Notes: generated from the letters alone by a model not told the origin. DNA of 64,000 nt from an uncultured Lachnospiraceae bacterium (GCA_946616795.1 CAMOJU010000003.1:758-64757); one strand, 5' to 3'. Counted from the first letter of the stretch, positions 19,383 to 31,774 are shown. Translations and numbers: made by a program.

Positions 19383-22300
19383 ATGAAAGTAAGAAAGACT
19401 ATCAAGAGAGCTCTGTCTATGCTCCTCTGCGTAGCTATGATGATGACGACATTTGACCTGTCGGCATTAACTGTACGCGCAGATGAGGGTGATATGACAA
19501 CCATCAGCGGAGACAACATCGTTTTAAACGGCGATGGTGTAAATGTATCCGGCGATGAGATTGGAGAGGGAGGAGACAACAATCCATCAGATATCATATC
19601 TGATAATGACGTGGATGATGCTTCGGAAGACATTGATGAAGAAAGCAGTATTTCTGAAAATAGCATTTCAGAGAACAGTATTTCTGAAAACACTATTTCT
19701 GATAACAGCATAAATCCTGTTGGAGATTCGTTGGCCACAATAGAAGTTGGTGGTTACAAGATTACAGCGGATGACGGATCTATGCCGGATAATGCATGTT
19801 ACTTGAAATCACCTAATGGGGAATATGTGATTATCAATACTGAAGAGGCACTGACAATAGAACTGAATGATGGTGTCACTTCAGCTGATAAACCGATAAA
19901 AGCGGAACATTATGGAATGACGCTTAATCTGACAATAAATAACCTTAAAATCGATGTTTCAGAGAGTTCTTGTTATTGTGGAATTATTGATGCAAGTTAT
20001 TCGTCATTAAATCTGACAATTGAAGGAATAAATGAAATTACAGGGTTTGAGTCAAAAAACCATACTCGTCCAGCAATTTGCGCGGGAAATTATTCATTTT
20101 CGCCATCTGCAGCATACCCTGATGGTGATTTGGTAATAGGTGGAGATGGAACACTTATATTGAATCATTTTGATTGTGCATTTAAGCATTCTGATATAAC
20201 AATTTCTAGTGGATGTTTCAAATTTATAGATTGTGATAAGGTATCGTTTACTACAGCACCTGATTATAAAGTTGAGGTAACAGGCGGTTCATTTAGTACG
20301 GGTGATATCAGATATCAGACTGTTGGCCCTAAGATGGATTCTGATACCTATTATGAAAAAGGTTTTCCTGTATCGGCCGGTTATCAACTTATAGAGACAG
20401 ATGATGAAGATTTTCCTTACAAAATAGTAGAGGCTACATATCAGCAGCGATTTATGGATTACATAATATCTGCTGATGACAAAACTATATTGGAAAGAGG
20501 TAAAGATTACTACATTTACAATTCTAATTCCTCGAAAGAAATTGTAGCAATTAACACTGAAAAGCCTATAACCATCGAGATGGCTGATGGTGTTGATGTT
20601 ACGACCGTTCTAATCAAAGCAGCCAAGAATGGAATGGAACTTAACATAACAATAAAAGATATTTGCATAGATTATTCAAATGTGAAAGTACGTTCTGACT
20701 ATGCATTAATTGATGCAGCAGGATCAACACTTAATCTTACGATTGAAGGTGATAATACACTTATTGGTGATACTAATTATGCTCCATCGGCCTTTTCTGC
20801 AGGAAAAATTTATAGCACTTTACCTGATGGAGACTTAAATATTGACGGTTCCGGTACTGTTTTGTTAGATAGTTTTGATATAGCTTTTAGAAGTATAGAT
20901 TTGACAATTACCGGGGCCAAATTCAGGATTATAAATACTAATTTTACATTTGGATTATATGGTTCAAGTGTGTATGAAATAAATATAACAGGTGGGTATT
21001 TTTCAGATGCTGATATAGAAAAAAATACAGTCGGCAAGGGAAATGCATCGGAATCTAGTAAAACTGTAGGCGTAGCTGTTGCCAATGGCTATATGGTTGT
21101 TGAGAGTGGTGATGATGTTTTCCCTTACAAGGTTATCGCTACCCCTGCAATAATCACTTCATTTGATTTAAGTGAGAGTGCTAAAACTGTATATTTAAAA
21201 GCAGGTGATGAATATGATGTAGACTGGGAAGACGGAGTAGGTGGAAGATCAAGTGCTTTTCTCCTTACAGTTGATAATATAACGGATGAAAATGGTGAAG
21301 AAGTTTCATTTGAAGATGCAAATGTCAGGTTTACATCTTTAAATCCTACTATAGCTGAAGTCACAAAAGACGGTGTTGTTCATGGACTTTCTGTAGGTAC
21401 GGCCAAGATTGAAATAAAAGCCGGATACGGAAATGAGACATACACACAAGTTTGTACCGTAACCGTCAAGAAGGGCTCTATTGATGTGCTCCAGGAAAAG
21501 TGGGCTCCTGTAGACGCTGAAGGTATTCCCGTTGATTTCGACCATTTTGATGAAAACGGACAGCCTGTAGATGCTGAAGGGAAGCCTGTGGCTTGCGAGA
21601 AGTGGGGACCAACCGGAGAGATGATGGTAGTCAATTCATTCGGTAACCTTGTTGAAACAAACGAGTGGATTACAAACGACTGGCAGCTTCAGTATAGCGA
21701 TTGGAAGGACAGACCGAATCCTCAGCCCGATGAAGAATTTTGGCCTTCAAACTATACTGTAAAGGTTTATACAGCCCAGACAATTACTGACTCAACGCTT
21801 AAAGCATTGAATTATACATTTAATCGTGATGGCGTATTGGAAAATGCAAACCATTCAATCACATTTGATCTTTCCGGAAAGACATGGACAGCAAGCGTTC
21901 CGTTTGTTCTTGAAGATCAGATGCTCTTTACAAACGGAATCATCAATGCAAACAAAGATCTGAATATTGGCTATACAAAAACAGTAGATACAGAAAATGT
22001 TACCGTATCAATTGGCGAAGGATTAACTGTAAATGCATCAAATCTGTATGTTGAAGAAAATACAAGCATAATTGTTAACGGTACGCTGACAGTCAAGGGA
22101 GAAACTCAACTCTATGACAACGTTAACATTATAGATAATGGTAGTGTTACTCTAAATAATGTTAACGTTGATACTAATAACTGGAATAATCCCGGCTTTA
22201 TAGGCATTGCCAGATACACAGAAGCAGCACTTTCAATTAATGGTAATGTAGAAAGTGGTGGAGTATTTTTAAATGTTGGATTGATTTCAGCACCTGTCGA

Positions 22301-25300
22301 TTATCGCGATGATGATTTTACAAACGATATTATCGACAATGTAGAAAATGAGGGCGTACTTCAAGCGATAAATGAGAAAACAGAGCTTTTCAAATCAACT
22401 CTTGCAACTTTTGACTGTGAATATGTTAGGGTATGGCAGCCATGGAGCAATCAGGGCGCAAGTTTCCCTATCACATATTATGACAAGACTGAAAAGGCTG
22501 TTTATGCAGGTGAAGAGGCATATTATGTTGAGAATATTACATCTCAATATCATTATGGTGTGTCATTTGCACAATGGTCAGATGTTGCAGAATATGTAGC
22601 TTCTATTAATGATGCTGACAGTGAATATGTTGTAAACATAAATGTAGGAGAAGTTGAAGCATTTGCAAACTTCAAATTCCCCAAGGCTGCAAGGTCAATT
22701 ACATTTAGAAGCAATTACATATTGAAAGATGACGATGGAAACCCCATATCCGAAGTAGATGAAGAGGGTAATCCTGTATATGTAATCGGCGGTACTCTTG
22801 TTAAGTACACCGGTGATCTGACCCTTACTACAGATACAGTATTTGAAAATATTGACTTTGTGAGAGTTGATTCAAATAAAGATGAGACTCCTTATACCCT
22901 TACAAAGGTAGAAATAGCAGGACATGTCCTTTCAACCAGAGGCGAGGTTACATTCAATACACCGGTTAATTTCACTGATAATAAGAAGAGCGGTACTCTT
23001 CGGGTAGAAGAAGGCAAGCTCTTTACGGGATATGTTGCGATAGGCGGCGCAGGTGATAATGGTGGTGACTACCATGACGGAGTTGTTCAGAAATATCTCG
23101 AAAACTATGCTGTAAAAGCATATTTTGACGAAGAATACAAGTATAACAAAGATGACGGCGTAGCAATTATTGCAGGTCAGATTAACGGAGTAGGAAATCT
23201 TGAAGTCAGAGATGCTCAGCTCTTTGTAGTAACTGACTACATGACATTTGCAAGCGGTAAATATACATTTAATGCACCTGTATTTACACCAACTAATATT
23301 GATGAAGGTGCAGGTACAATTATCGTATCCAATATCAACGCAGATTATTTTACAGGCCAAAATACTGATGCAGTATTTGTGGAGGGCATGAAGACAGCTG
23401 CAGAAAACCTTAAAACTAAGGCAAAGGCAACTGTTACAAATGTAAATATTTACAATTACGGTAGATTTATAGCTGATGAAATGCAGCTTACAAATGTAAT
23501 ACTTAACGGTGCTACCGTACAGTCCAAGGGACTCTTTAATATCACAGGTATCCTCAGCAGTACAAACGGAGGAAACCTCCTGGCTACTGCAACGGATCCC
23601 AATAAGAATCTCCCTTACTTAAATGTCAGCGGTGATGTTATAACTTACGAAATGTGTGAGATCAACATTGCCAATGTTGCATCATTTAATATTTTCAATA
23701 CTGATCTTGAATACGAATATCCTGCGTATTCAGGTGTTGCAGGTGAAGGCGAGGCACAGTCAGTACTTCTTATTACAAAGACCGGTACTGCGGAACAGTT
23801 CCGTCCTCAGTACTGGAGACCTATTGATTGGGATAATTCTGATATTATGGCAGAACCGCCAATTTATGCTTTTATAACTGATGGAGAAACAGGTAAATTG
23901 TTAAAACCTCAGACCAACATTCCCCTGAGTATGTATGGTCATTTGGATGATGCAAATAATCTTGTATATGACTATGAGGGTAATTCATGGCAGGATCTTG
24001 CATTCGGTCCTGAGAAGACTGATGGATTCTATACAAAGAAATCCGGTGATAATATATACCTACTCTCAGGAGCAGATATATCAGTGGCTCTTGCTTATGA
24101 CGAGGATCAGCATGCATATTATGATGGGAATAATAATTACGTTAACGAGCTTGAGGCAAATGCGGGTAATATCATCGGATATTATTCGACATGGGCTGAT
24201 GCGGTTGTGGCAATCAATAATCTGAAGAACTCGGATGCATGCTATGAAATCATTCTTATCAATGATGCAGGCTCGGCAGAAAAACCGATAACACTCAGCT
24301 TCCCGACAGCAGCCTGTCTGTCAATGCTCCGGGTTACAGGTATAGATAATGCCAAAATATATTACACGAACGGTCTGACCCTTACATCCAATACGATATT
24401 TGAAGATGTCATACTTGCTCCAGTTAAGTTAAATGACGGAGTATATCAGGGTACAGCACTTGCAATCAATTCAGGTGCGTATAATCTCGATATGAACGAT
24501 GTGTTTTTCCCTACTGTAAACGGTGGGGCGTGTACGCTTGCCTCAATTACAGGTAATGGCAGAAATACAGTAAATATAGAAAGTGTAGAGGGAGGAGTCA
24601 ATAGTAATAATAATCTGGTGCTCACAGGCGGTATCACAAATATTGGTACATTAAATATTAATCGTGGTAAAGTTGTGATTCAGAAAGGTGACGTCAAAGT
24701 TGTTAATCTTAATATAATGGAATATGGAAGCACGCTGACTATCATATCAGGTAACATAAATGCAACCAGCATTTTCAGTAAGGAAACAACTGATATTATC
24801 CTGGAAAAAGGAAAGATTGACGCAACTAACGCTGACATTAACAGAATGACAGTTAATGGAGACGTTACTATAAAAGAATCCATAACTATAAGGGATGGAG
24901 CTAATACCGGCAAATTTACTGCTTCAGATTTAACATTGGGTGATACTATGGTTAAGTTGAAGGCAAATGGAAATGTAGATATTAAGGGAACGCTCACAAT
25001 GAATAGTGCCTCAAGGATATATGCTGAGGGACAAACATATGCAGTCACTATAAAAGACATTAAACTGCTTGGAACGGGAATGATTTATACCTGGCGTAAG
25101 AAGGATGGTTCAACCAACCTGAAGATTACAGGTCAAATAAATATGGACGGAAATTATAAACTAGAGTTATATCAAAACGCAGCCGATGAAGACGGCGATA
25201 TGGTTGTTGCAAACCCGGTTGATAAATTGTCCGTTCAGAACGGCAAAGTAACTCCTGGTGCCAAAAATCTGATTGCCAATATAGGAACGATTCCTTCTGA

Positions 25301-28300
25301 ATACTTTGATTTTGGATATTATCATTATGATGAAGGTCAAACTGTACCTGATGGAGTTATCATCGGTTCCAATGTTCTTTTAAAGTACAACGGTGGTCTC
25401 TACTACGCAGACAGTAGTGTTGCACCGTTTAACAGCAACTTTGTATATCTTGATAAAGAGACAGTCGATGAAAATGGAGGCGTTGCTTACTACGATCATT
25501 CAAGATACCTTGACTGGAATGAAGCTGTTAAGGAAATTAATTCCATTAACGATCCTACAGCAAAGTATCGTATTAACATTGGAGCAGGTGTAACAGATAC
25601 AAACCTTACTGATGCAAATGAATATGGAACCCTTACACTTCCCGCAGCTAAGAAGTGTGCATGGTTGACTGTAAAGGGTAATCAAACGTTAGATCCGAAT
25701 CCGGAACTTTGGTTTACTAACACAAGCCTAACGCTCACAACTAATGTGACAGTAGAATCTCTTAAATTAGGTATGAGAGCGGCAGTTTCGTTATCCCTTG
25801 GTTCATATACATTTATCCAGGATAAATCATGGTTCCCTAGCGGTCTTAAAGGAGTTACAGGAAGCTCGGCAAAGGGAACATCAAAATATGTGATTAAAGG
25901 ACCTTTTTATGATAGTTATACATCAGTTATGGGCAATATCAATAATGTAGGAACTCTTGATATTATTGGTACTGATGTAAGAGTATTTGGAAACATAAAT
26001 GTTGGTAATGTTGTTAAGCGCGGTGATGCATATGTTAGTCTGCAGGCAACTGGAACTGTAAACATAGGAAATATCGAATCATATGGTAATGCAGTTCTTG
26101 AATTAGATGGCTTTGCAAAGGTTGCAACAAAGAATGTTAAAGATGCAAAACCTGAGATAACAGGTATTACATCTAACATCACTATTACAGGTATTATTAC
26201 ATGTGAGGATTCTGATTCTCCTGTACAGGTAAGCCTTTATAATGCAGCACTTGATGTTGGAACATTTGATGATGCCAACTTGCTTTCGCCTGATAATATT
26301 GAAAATCAGAATAATTATTCAAATGGTGCAGATTTCCTTTATACCACAGGTATCACATTTGCAAAGGCTCTTAAGGCTGACACAAATATGATCAGATACG
26401 TGAACGGTACAGACGGCATGATTATCAAGAAGAATGGTAATCTTGTATGGGTTAACAGAGATCGTGTTCCTTATGAACTTCGTTACGGAACCAACTCTGT
26501 GCCTTGTCTCACATTTGCAGATGCCGTAACAGAGATTAAGAATCTTAATAATAAAAATGGTGAGTATACAATTATCCTCATTGCTGATGGTCAGCATGAT
26601 GTAAATGCGGATTATCCTGAGAACTTTACGATGCCTACGGCTGCTACTCTTAAGAGCCTGACAATAAAGCCTGAGGGTAATTCTCCAGTTAACCTTTACT
26701 ATGGTACATACAATGCCACAAAGAAGACGACGACAGCAGTAGCAAAGCTTGCATTTGCAACAGATACTGTTATTGAAAACGTAAAATTCATCGATGCTGA
26801 AGCAGCTGCAAATCTTGTACAGGGAGACTATCCTAACAGAGCAGCCCTTAATGTATCACTCGGTGGAAAGTATGTAACATTTGATAACGTAACATTTGAA
26901 GGCAGAGGAGTTATCTTTGATGGTGGCAAGGGTACGATGGCAATCGGAGATGGTGGTCTTGTTGCAGGTACAGAGCCGGTAACTCTTAATAGTAATTATT
27001 CCGGATGCAGTGTTGTACAGGGTGAGATTAAAAACCTTGCTACACTTGTTACAGCAGAATGTGAAACATTTGGAAGCGGCAGCGGAGAAACTCTTGTTAT
27101 TACAAGATACATTGCTGCAGCAAACGGAACTATGAAGGATGGCGCTCTTGCGACAGTTACTAACCTTAACCTCATAGGAGCAACTATCCAGGTAGATGGT
27201 TCGATAAATGTAACAAATATTATTACAGGAACAGAAACAGCACAGTCAATTGTGATGGCTGATACAGCATTTACCGTATCGGGAACTGTTACTGCAGGAA
27301 GTGCAGACAACCTTGCGCTTATCGGTCGTCAGAAAAATGATGGTAAGACACCTCAGTTGACAATCAGTGGTACGGTTGCTCCTGGCAGCAATCCTGTAGC
27401 AATCGGTATCCTTCCTTACTATGACAGTAAGAGTGAGAAAACAGACAGTTCATATGAAACTTTGGCTGTACCTGAGACAGGTTTATCATTAGTGACTGCA
27501 TCAAAGTGCACTGCTGACAGATTTGTGACAATTACAGAACTAGATGTACAGGACAATATTGTCGGACAATTTGAAACAATGGGATTTGATCCTACACAGG
27601 CATCCGATCAAAGAGGTATAGGTCTTGTTAAGAGTGGCTCTGTCATAATGGCCTTTGACGGAAGTTATATCCATATCGTCCTTTCCAAGATGGCAGATGC
27701 AACAACAGGAAACGTACCTGTTACAGGTGAGGATGTTATCGGATATTACAACACATTCAAGGAAGTAACTGATACAATAAATAACCTGAATAATAAGAAT
27801 GCTCAGTATGGTATTTCACTGCTCGATGATTTTGGAAGTGAAAACGAGACAATCGCAATACCAAATAACTCAAAGGCAGCAGGTATTTGTATTGAAGGAT
27901 GCTTTTATTATGATCAAGAACTTTCGTTGAAGTCTCTTGCAATAACAAACAATCTTACATTATCCAATGTTATAGTTACAGTTAACGGTGCAATTACATC
28001 AACGAAAGGCACGACGCTTACATTAGAAGGTATTGCCCATATCCAAGGTGCAAAAGCAATTACACTTGAAAATATAGATAATAAATGTAGTAATGAAAAT
28101 GGTGGAATATGGTTTGAAAGAACCACATCAAATGTTAGTCAGCTTAAGATTAACGGTACTGTAACAAACAGTGAAAATGGAAAGCTTTATCTGCTAATGC
28201 TTGATGAACGAGCAAATGTAGAAAATTATGTTGTATCTTCTGTAGAAGAGATTACTAAAGGTAATACGAAACAACTTTTTACAGCTCCAAAGGTAATGCA

Positions 28301-31300
28301 GGAAGATCTAGTAATCTATGTTGATGGTAGTGACTGTAAATTTGTTGATAACGAGCAAAGAACGCTTGTAAAGGCCAAGGATGCATTTTATTACGTAAGC
28401 AATGAAAAATTTGAAGATTCAATGGTAAATTTGGCGGTTAATAACGGTACATCCGGAACTTTCCTTGACCTCAACCAGGCACTTCTTCAGATTAAGGCAT
28501 TAGCTGATTCGACAAATACTTACACGGTAATTCTTCGTGGAAATGTATCGGATACAGATGTACTTGATACAACAGCTCACTCAAAGATTGACATGCCGGC
28601 TACAAATACGGCTGGTTCAATCTCTGTTAAAGGAGATGGAGATACAATTACGTATAGCGGGGATATTACCGCATATGTTGCAGCAGATGGAGCACTTACA
28701 TTTAGTGACGTAAAACTTGATAATGTAAATCCTTCTACAGGTGCACCTGTTAATACAGGTAAGATTACCCTTAACAGAAACAGTGCTGACAAGACAGGAA
28801 CAGTAACACTTTACTTTAGTGACGTAACATATACCGGCGATCTTGGTACGATTGCAGGTACAAAGGGTGTTACCGATGTTTACCTCGATAGCAATATTAA
28901 ACTGGCAACAGGATTCTCCAATATCAATGAATTGACGATAGGTAATGGAATCTGTGTTGAGACCCTCAAGTCAGATACTGGTATCGGAACAATTACATTT
29001 ACCGGAAATGCTATATATGAATCGTCAAGTACGGTTGTGGATAATATCAATATAGCTGCGAACAGCAAACCGCTAATCAATACATCGGGCGGTGATAAGT
29101 TTAAGATCAATAAAAATGTAAATGCAGCAAATGAGAATGCCACACTAACAATCGAACTGAATGGTGGCGATTATGAGAATGCAAATCTCGTATATGCACC
29201 CCTTGCAGATGCATCGGTATTTAAAGCAGCGGCTTATGTTTATGATGAAAATTACGTTTCATACAAATCAGGCAACTATGTCCGTGTAGGTAATATGGAT
29301 GATATGACAGTCAGGATCGAAGGCAAGTATGAGACAGCAGCCGGCGATGAGATGAACCTGTCATCATATGCCAAGAATTATAAAGATGCCATCGATATGA
29401 TCAACACCTGGAAGACCAAGGCGGATTATACGGTTGAGCTCCTTAATGATGTGTATGCAACAGGTAAGGATAATGCCTATGCCGCATTTGTAACACCTAC
29501 GGCTGCTAATGCTAATTCTGTGACAATCAAGGGTCAGATTGAAAAAGAAGATGACGGAGAAGAGATAAGCAGAACCGTTATCGCCTTTACAGGAACGATT
29601 AAACCTACAGTTGATGTGATATTTGAGGATGTTGCATTAGATGCCGGAAAAGCCGTAAAGGGTGAATGGGTATCGGATGGAGAGATATCTCTCGACCTCA
29701 GTTCAGCTTCAATAGATATGGGTAATGCTATAACAGCCGCGTATAACAAAGATGATGATTCAATGAATTATAGTGATAGTCTTTGGGTAAAAACTATTAA
29801 AGGAACAAAAGGTGAGCTGACATTACGTGATACATTTATATATATAAGTGATGTAATTAATGTTGGAACACTCAAAATTGATGGATATGTAAATGTTATT
29901 AGAAATTGGAGTGTATTAAAGAATATTACCATCGGATCTGTTATCGGTATAGATATTGATGTAATTAATGAAGATCAGCTGATCATTGATACGCCTATAG
30001 GATCATCACCCATGCTCAAGATTACAGGTGAAGTAACGGGACTTGATAATAGATATGAAATAAGTACGGATGATGAAACGGGGGAGGAAATATCTAATCT
30101 TACAGATTACGGTCTAATCCTTCGTCCCATAAAGAAAGATTCATCCGGAGAGGTCAGATATCTGAATGAATTAGAATTGGATGATCTGGTTCTGGAAGGT
30201 TCTGAGAATACTGCTCAGATGGCTAAGATGAAAATAGCCGATATTGCAAAAGTACCTACCTCTTGTGTGGGAGTACAGGCTAATGGATATGATCTTGATT
30301 GGTCACCTTTTGAAGTATCTGTTACCAAGTCAGGCGGATTCATTTATCTGACAAGGGAGGATAATCTCTGCGTAGATGTTATTAGAACGAGTGGTCAGGA
30401 GTATATGTCACGGTTTACATCATTTGCAGATGCTGTAGCTGATATTGATAAGCTTGCAGATAAAGATGCAGACTATGAGATACATATTACAGATAACTGT
30501 GTCGGAGCTTACGACTGCTGGAGTAGAAAAGCATTCGGAGCAATAACCCTTCCGAAGAATGCAGCTTTTGTAATGATAAAAGGTTGTAAGGATGAAGAAA
30601 CCGGCGAAATGTATGATACAAGTATCTGCACCACAAGTACATCGATAACTGTAAATGTGCTTACGGTATTTGATCATGTACAGTTTGTGAGCGTAAAGCA
30701 GAAGTATAATAATCCTGCACTTGGTTACTATTATGAGCAGAATCCCACACTGATGTCATACAATATTGCGAATAATGCTGATCTTGATCTGTATGGTTGT
30801 TATATGGCGGCAGGTAAGATAACGGGAGATACGCTTTATTTGGACAACTTTTCGATTGTTAAATTAACCGGAGGCTTAACGGTAAAAGATCTTATATTAT
30901 CAGACAATTCAGTAATCACGACTAATGGAAAGACCACGATAACGACACAGAACAAGACAGTTATCATGGGGGATTCCTCAATTGACGCGCCACTTGCAAA
31001 TGTTACATTGAAGGGAACCACCATTGGTGATCCCGATACTGATACGTGCGGTGGAAACTGTATATATGGATCCAATATCACACTTACAGGTGATACCATG
31101 TCGTATGGTGGAACAATTACTGCATGTGGAGAAAATGCTGCCGGAACAGGTAAGTTATCAATTCAGAATCTGACAATTGGAGGAGTAACGGAATACGATT
31201 ATATTGGTGGTGATGATGCTTCAAATCACGATATTAATTTATCTGCAAAGGTTGATGCTTCCGGAAAATCTCAGATCAATATCAGCGGAACTGTATCGAG

Positions 31301-31532
31301 AGAGGATGGCTCAAATGCAAGTATTCGTACGGAGTTGTTAACTGATACAAGCGTTTACTATAATACGAGACCATTCCCTATAAAAACCGGAGACATAATC
31401 ATGATTGCGCCGAAGCTTGATATTGAAGATGCAAATAATTGGATTTTTCTTGAGAACACAGATTGGGGGGAACCGATATTCATAAAATCCGGAAATAATA
31501 TTGTGTTCGATCATGTTGATGATCAAACTTAA
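19383..31532 (+). CDS. P1: giant secreted multi-module beta-helix-like surface protein (~4050 aa)
   Basis: Sec signal peptide, acidic S(E/D)N spacer, two Cthe_2159-like beta-helix modules, one Ig-like (Big_2) domain and eight capped repeat modules. No anchor is recognisable. ATG 19383 fits the AAAGGA RBS (track gives 19374). Confidence 0.85.
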   Translation: MKVRKTIKRALSMLLCVAMMMTTFDLSALTVRADEGDMTTISGDNIVLNGDGVNVSGDEIGEGGDNNPSDIISDNDVDDASEDIDEESSISENSISENSISENTISDNSINPVGDSLATIEVGGYKITADDGSMPDNACYLKSPNGEYVIINTEEALTIELNDGVTSADKPIKAEHYGMTLNLTINNLKIDVSESSCYCGIIDASYSSLNLTIEGINEITGFESKNHTRPAICAGNYSFSPSAAYPDGDLVIGGDGTLILNHFDCAFKHSDITISSGCFKFIDCDKVSFTTAPDYKVEVTGGSFSTGDIRYQTVGPKMDSDTYYEKGFPVSAGYQLIETDDEDFPYKIVEATYQQRFMDYIISADDKTILERGKDYYIYNSNSSKEIVAINTEKPITIEMADGVDVTTVLIKAAKNGMELNITIKDICIDYSNVKVRSDYALIDAAGSTLNLTIEGDNTLIGDTNYAPSAFSAGKIYSTLPDGDLNIDGSGTVLLDSFDIAFRSIDLTITGAKFRIINTNFTFGLYGSSVYEINITGGYFSDADIEKNTVGKGNASESSKTVGVAVANGYMVVESGDDVFPYKVIATPAIITSFDLSESAKTVYLKAGDEYDVDWEDGVGGRSSAFLLTVDNITDENGEEVSFEDANVRFTSLNPTIAEVTKDGVVHGLSVGTAKIEIKAGYGNETYTQVCTVTVKKGSIDVLQEKWAPVDAEGIPVDFDHFDENGQPVDAEGKPVACEKWGPTGEMMVVNSFGNLVETNEWITNDWQLQYSDWKDRPNPQPDEEFWPSNYTVKVYTAQTITDSTLKALNYTFNRDGVLENANHSITFDLSGKTWTASVPFVLEDQMLFTNGIINANKDLNIGYTKTVDTENVTVSIGEGLTVNASNLYVEENTSIIVNGTLTVKGETQLYDNVNIIDNGSVTLNNVNVDTNNWNNPGFIGIARYTEAALSINGNVESGGVFLNVGLISAPVDYRDDDFTNDIIDNVENEGVLQAINEKTELFKSTLATFDCEYVRVWQPWSNQGASFPITYYDKTEKAVYAGEEAYYVENITSQYHYGVSFAQWSDVAEYVASINDADSEYVVNINVGEVEAFANFKFPKAARSITFRSNYILKDDDGNPISEVDEEGNPVYVIGGTLVKYTGDLTLTTDTVFENIDFVRVDSNKDETPYTLTKVEIAGHVLSTRGEVTFNTPVNFTDNKKSGTLRVEEGKLFTGYVAIGGAGDNGGDYHDGVVQKYLENYAVKAYFDEEYKYNKDDGVAIIAGQINGVGNLEVRDAQLFVVTDYMTFASGKYTFNAPVFTPTNIDEGAGTIIVSNINADYFTGQNTDAVFVEGMKTAAENLKTKAKATVTNVNIYNYGRFIADEMQLTNVILNGATVQSKGLFNITGILSSTNGGNLLATATDPNKNLPYLNVSGDVITYEMCEINIANVASFNIFNTDLEYEYPAYSGVAGEGEAQSVLLITKTGTAEQFRPQYWRPIDWDNSDIMAEPPIYAFITDGETGKLLKPQTNIPLSMYGHLDDANNLVYDYEGNSWQDLAFGPEKTDGFYTKKSGDNIYLLSGADISVALAYDEDQHAYYDGNNNYVNELEANAGNIIGYYSTWADAVVAINNLKNSDACYEIILINDAGSAEKPITLSFPTAACLSMLRVTGIDNAKIYYTNGLTLTSNTIFEDVILAPVKLNDGVYQGTALAINSGAYNLDMNDVFFPTVNGGACTLASITGNGRNTVNIESVEGGVNSNNNLVLTGGITNIGTLNINRGKVVIQKGDVKVVNLNIMEYGSTLTIISGNINATSIFSKETTDIILEKGKIDATNADINRMTVNGDVTIKESITIRDGANTGKFTASDLTLGDTMVKLKANGNVDIKGTLTMNSASRIYAEGQTYAVTIKDIKLLGTGMIYTWRKKDGSTNLKITGQINMDGNYKLELYQNAADEDGDMVVANPVDKLSVQNGKVTPGAKNLIANIGTIPSEYFDFGYYHYDEGQTVPDGVIIGSNVLLKYNGGLYYADSSVAPFNSNFVYLDKETVDENGGVAYYDHSRYLDWNEAVKEINSINDPTAKYRINIGAGVTDTNLTDANEYGTLTLPAAKKCAWLTVKGNQTLDPNPELWFTNTSLTLTTNVTVESLKLGMRAAVSLSLGSYTFIQDKSWFPSGLKGVTGSSAKGTSKYVIKGPFYDSYTSVMGNINNVGTLDIIGTDVRVFGNINVGNVVKRGDAYVSLQATGTVNIGNIESYGNAVLELDGFAKVATKNVKDAKPEITGITSNITITGIITCEDSDSPVQVSLYNAALDVGTFDDANLLSPDNIENQNNYSNGADFLYTTGITFAKALKADTNMIRYVNGTDGMIIKKNGNLVWVNRDRVPYELRYGTNSVPCLTFADAVTEIKNLNNKNGEYTIILIADGQHDVNADYPENFTMPTAATLKSLTIKPEGNSPVNLYYGTYNATKKTTTAVAKLAFATDTVIENVKFIDAEAAANLVQGDYPNRAALNVSLGGKYVTFDNVTFEGRGVIFDGGKGTMAIGDGGLVAGTEPVTLNSNYSGCSVVQGEIKNLATLVTAECETFGSGSGETLVITRYIAAANGTMKDGALATVTNLNLIGATIQVDGSINVTNIITGTETAQSIVMADTAFTVSGTVTAGSADNLALIGRQKNDGKTPQLTISGTVAPGSNPVAIGILPYYDSKSEKTDSSYETLAVPETGLSLVTASKCTADRFVTITELDVQDNIVGQFETMGFDPTQASDQRGIGLVKSGSVIMAFDGSYIHIVLSKMADATTGNVPVTGEDVIGYYNTFKEVTDTINNLNNKNAQYGISLLDDFGSENETIAIPNNSKAAGICIEGCFYYDQELSLKSLAITNNLTLSNVIVTVNGAITSTKGTTLTLEGIAHIQGAKAITLENIDNKCSNENGGIWFERTTSNVSQLKINGTVTNSENGKLYLLMLDERANVENYVVSSVEEITKGNTKQLFTAPKVMQEDLVIYVDGSDCKFVDNEQRTLVKAKDAFYYVSNEKFEDSMVNLAVNNGTSGTFLDLNQALLQIKALADSTNTYTVILRGNVSDTDVLDTTAHSKIDMPATNTAGSISVKGDGDTITYSGDITAYVAADGALTFSDVKLDNVNPSTGAPVNTGKITLNRNSADKTGTVTLYFSDVTYTGDLGTIAGTKGVTDVYLDSNIKLATGFSNINELTIGNGICVETLKSDTGIGTITFTGNAIYESSSTVVDNINIAANSKPLINTSGGDKFKINKNVNAANENATLTIELNGGDYENANLVYAPLADASVFKAAAYVYDENYVSYKSGNYVRVGNMDDMTVRIEGKYETAAGDEMNLSSYAKNYKDAIDMINTWKTKADYTVELLNDVYATGKDNAYAAFVTPTAANANSVTIKGQIEKEDDGEEISRTVIAFTGTIKPTVDVIFEDVALDAGKAVKGEWVSDGEISLDLSSASIDMGNAITAAYNKDDDSMNYSDSLWVKTIKGTKGELTLRDTFIYISDVINVGTLKIDGYVNVIRNWSVLKNITIGSVIGIDIDVINEDQLIIDTPIGSSPMLKITGEVTGLDNRYEISTDDETGEEISNLTDYGLILRPIKKDSSGEVRYLNELELDDLVLEGSENTAQMAKMKIADIAKVPTSCVGVQANGYDLDWSPFEVSVTKSGGFIYLTREDNLCVDVIRTSGQEYMSRFTSFADAVADIDKLADKDADYEIHITDNCVGAYDCWSRKAFGAITLPKNAAFVMIKGCKDEETGEMYDTSICTTSTSITVNVLTVFDHVQFVSVKQKYNNPALGYYYEQNPTLMSYNIANNADLDLYGCYMAAGKITGDTLYLDNFSIVKLTGGLTVKDLILSDNSVITTNGKTTITTQNKTVIMGDSSIDAPLANVTLKGTTIGDPDTDTCGGNCIYGSNITLTGDTMSYGGTITACGENAAGTGKLSIQNLTIGGVTEYDYIGGDDASNHDINLSAKVDASGKSQINISGTVSREDGSNASIRTELLTDTSVYYNTRPFPIKTGDIIMIAPKLDIEDANNWIFLENTDWGEPIFIKSGNNIVFDHVDDQT

Positions 31533-31538
31533 TTACCT

Positions 31539-31564
31539 AAATGGACCCTTCGGGGTCCATTTTT
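31539..31564 (+). terminator. Intrinsic terminator after P1
   Basis: AAATGGACCC-TTCG-GGGTCCATTTTT. Confidence 0.88.
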
Positions 31565-31774
31565 GATTTGAAATATTAGATGGCAATAGTAACCATAAAC
31601 ATCATCTAATATATAGCAAAAATACCGTAGAAAATTTAAGGGATTGTGGGGTAAAATATCTATTAGGGTGTATAAAAGGGAGATTGGGGAAATATCGGAT
31701 TATCATTTAAATCTTTATTTTTTCTGACAATTTTTCCGTTAATTATTTGTAATCGCGAAAAGGAGCAAATTATT

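Noticed and set aside
31573-31612. 10-bp inverted repeat ATATTAGATG...CATCTAATAT upstream of P2
   Set aside because: It is AT-rich, single-copy and has no counterpart before the other giant genes, so it is insufficient to call.
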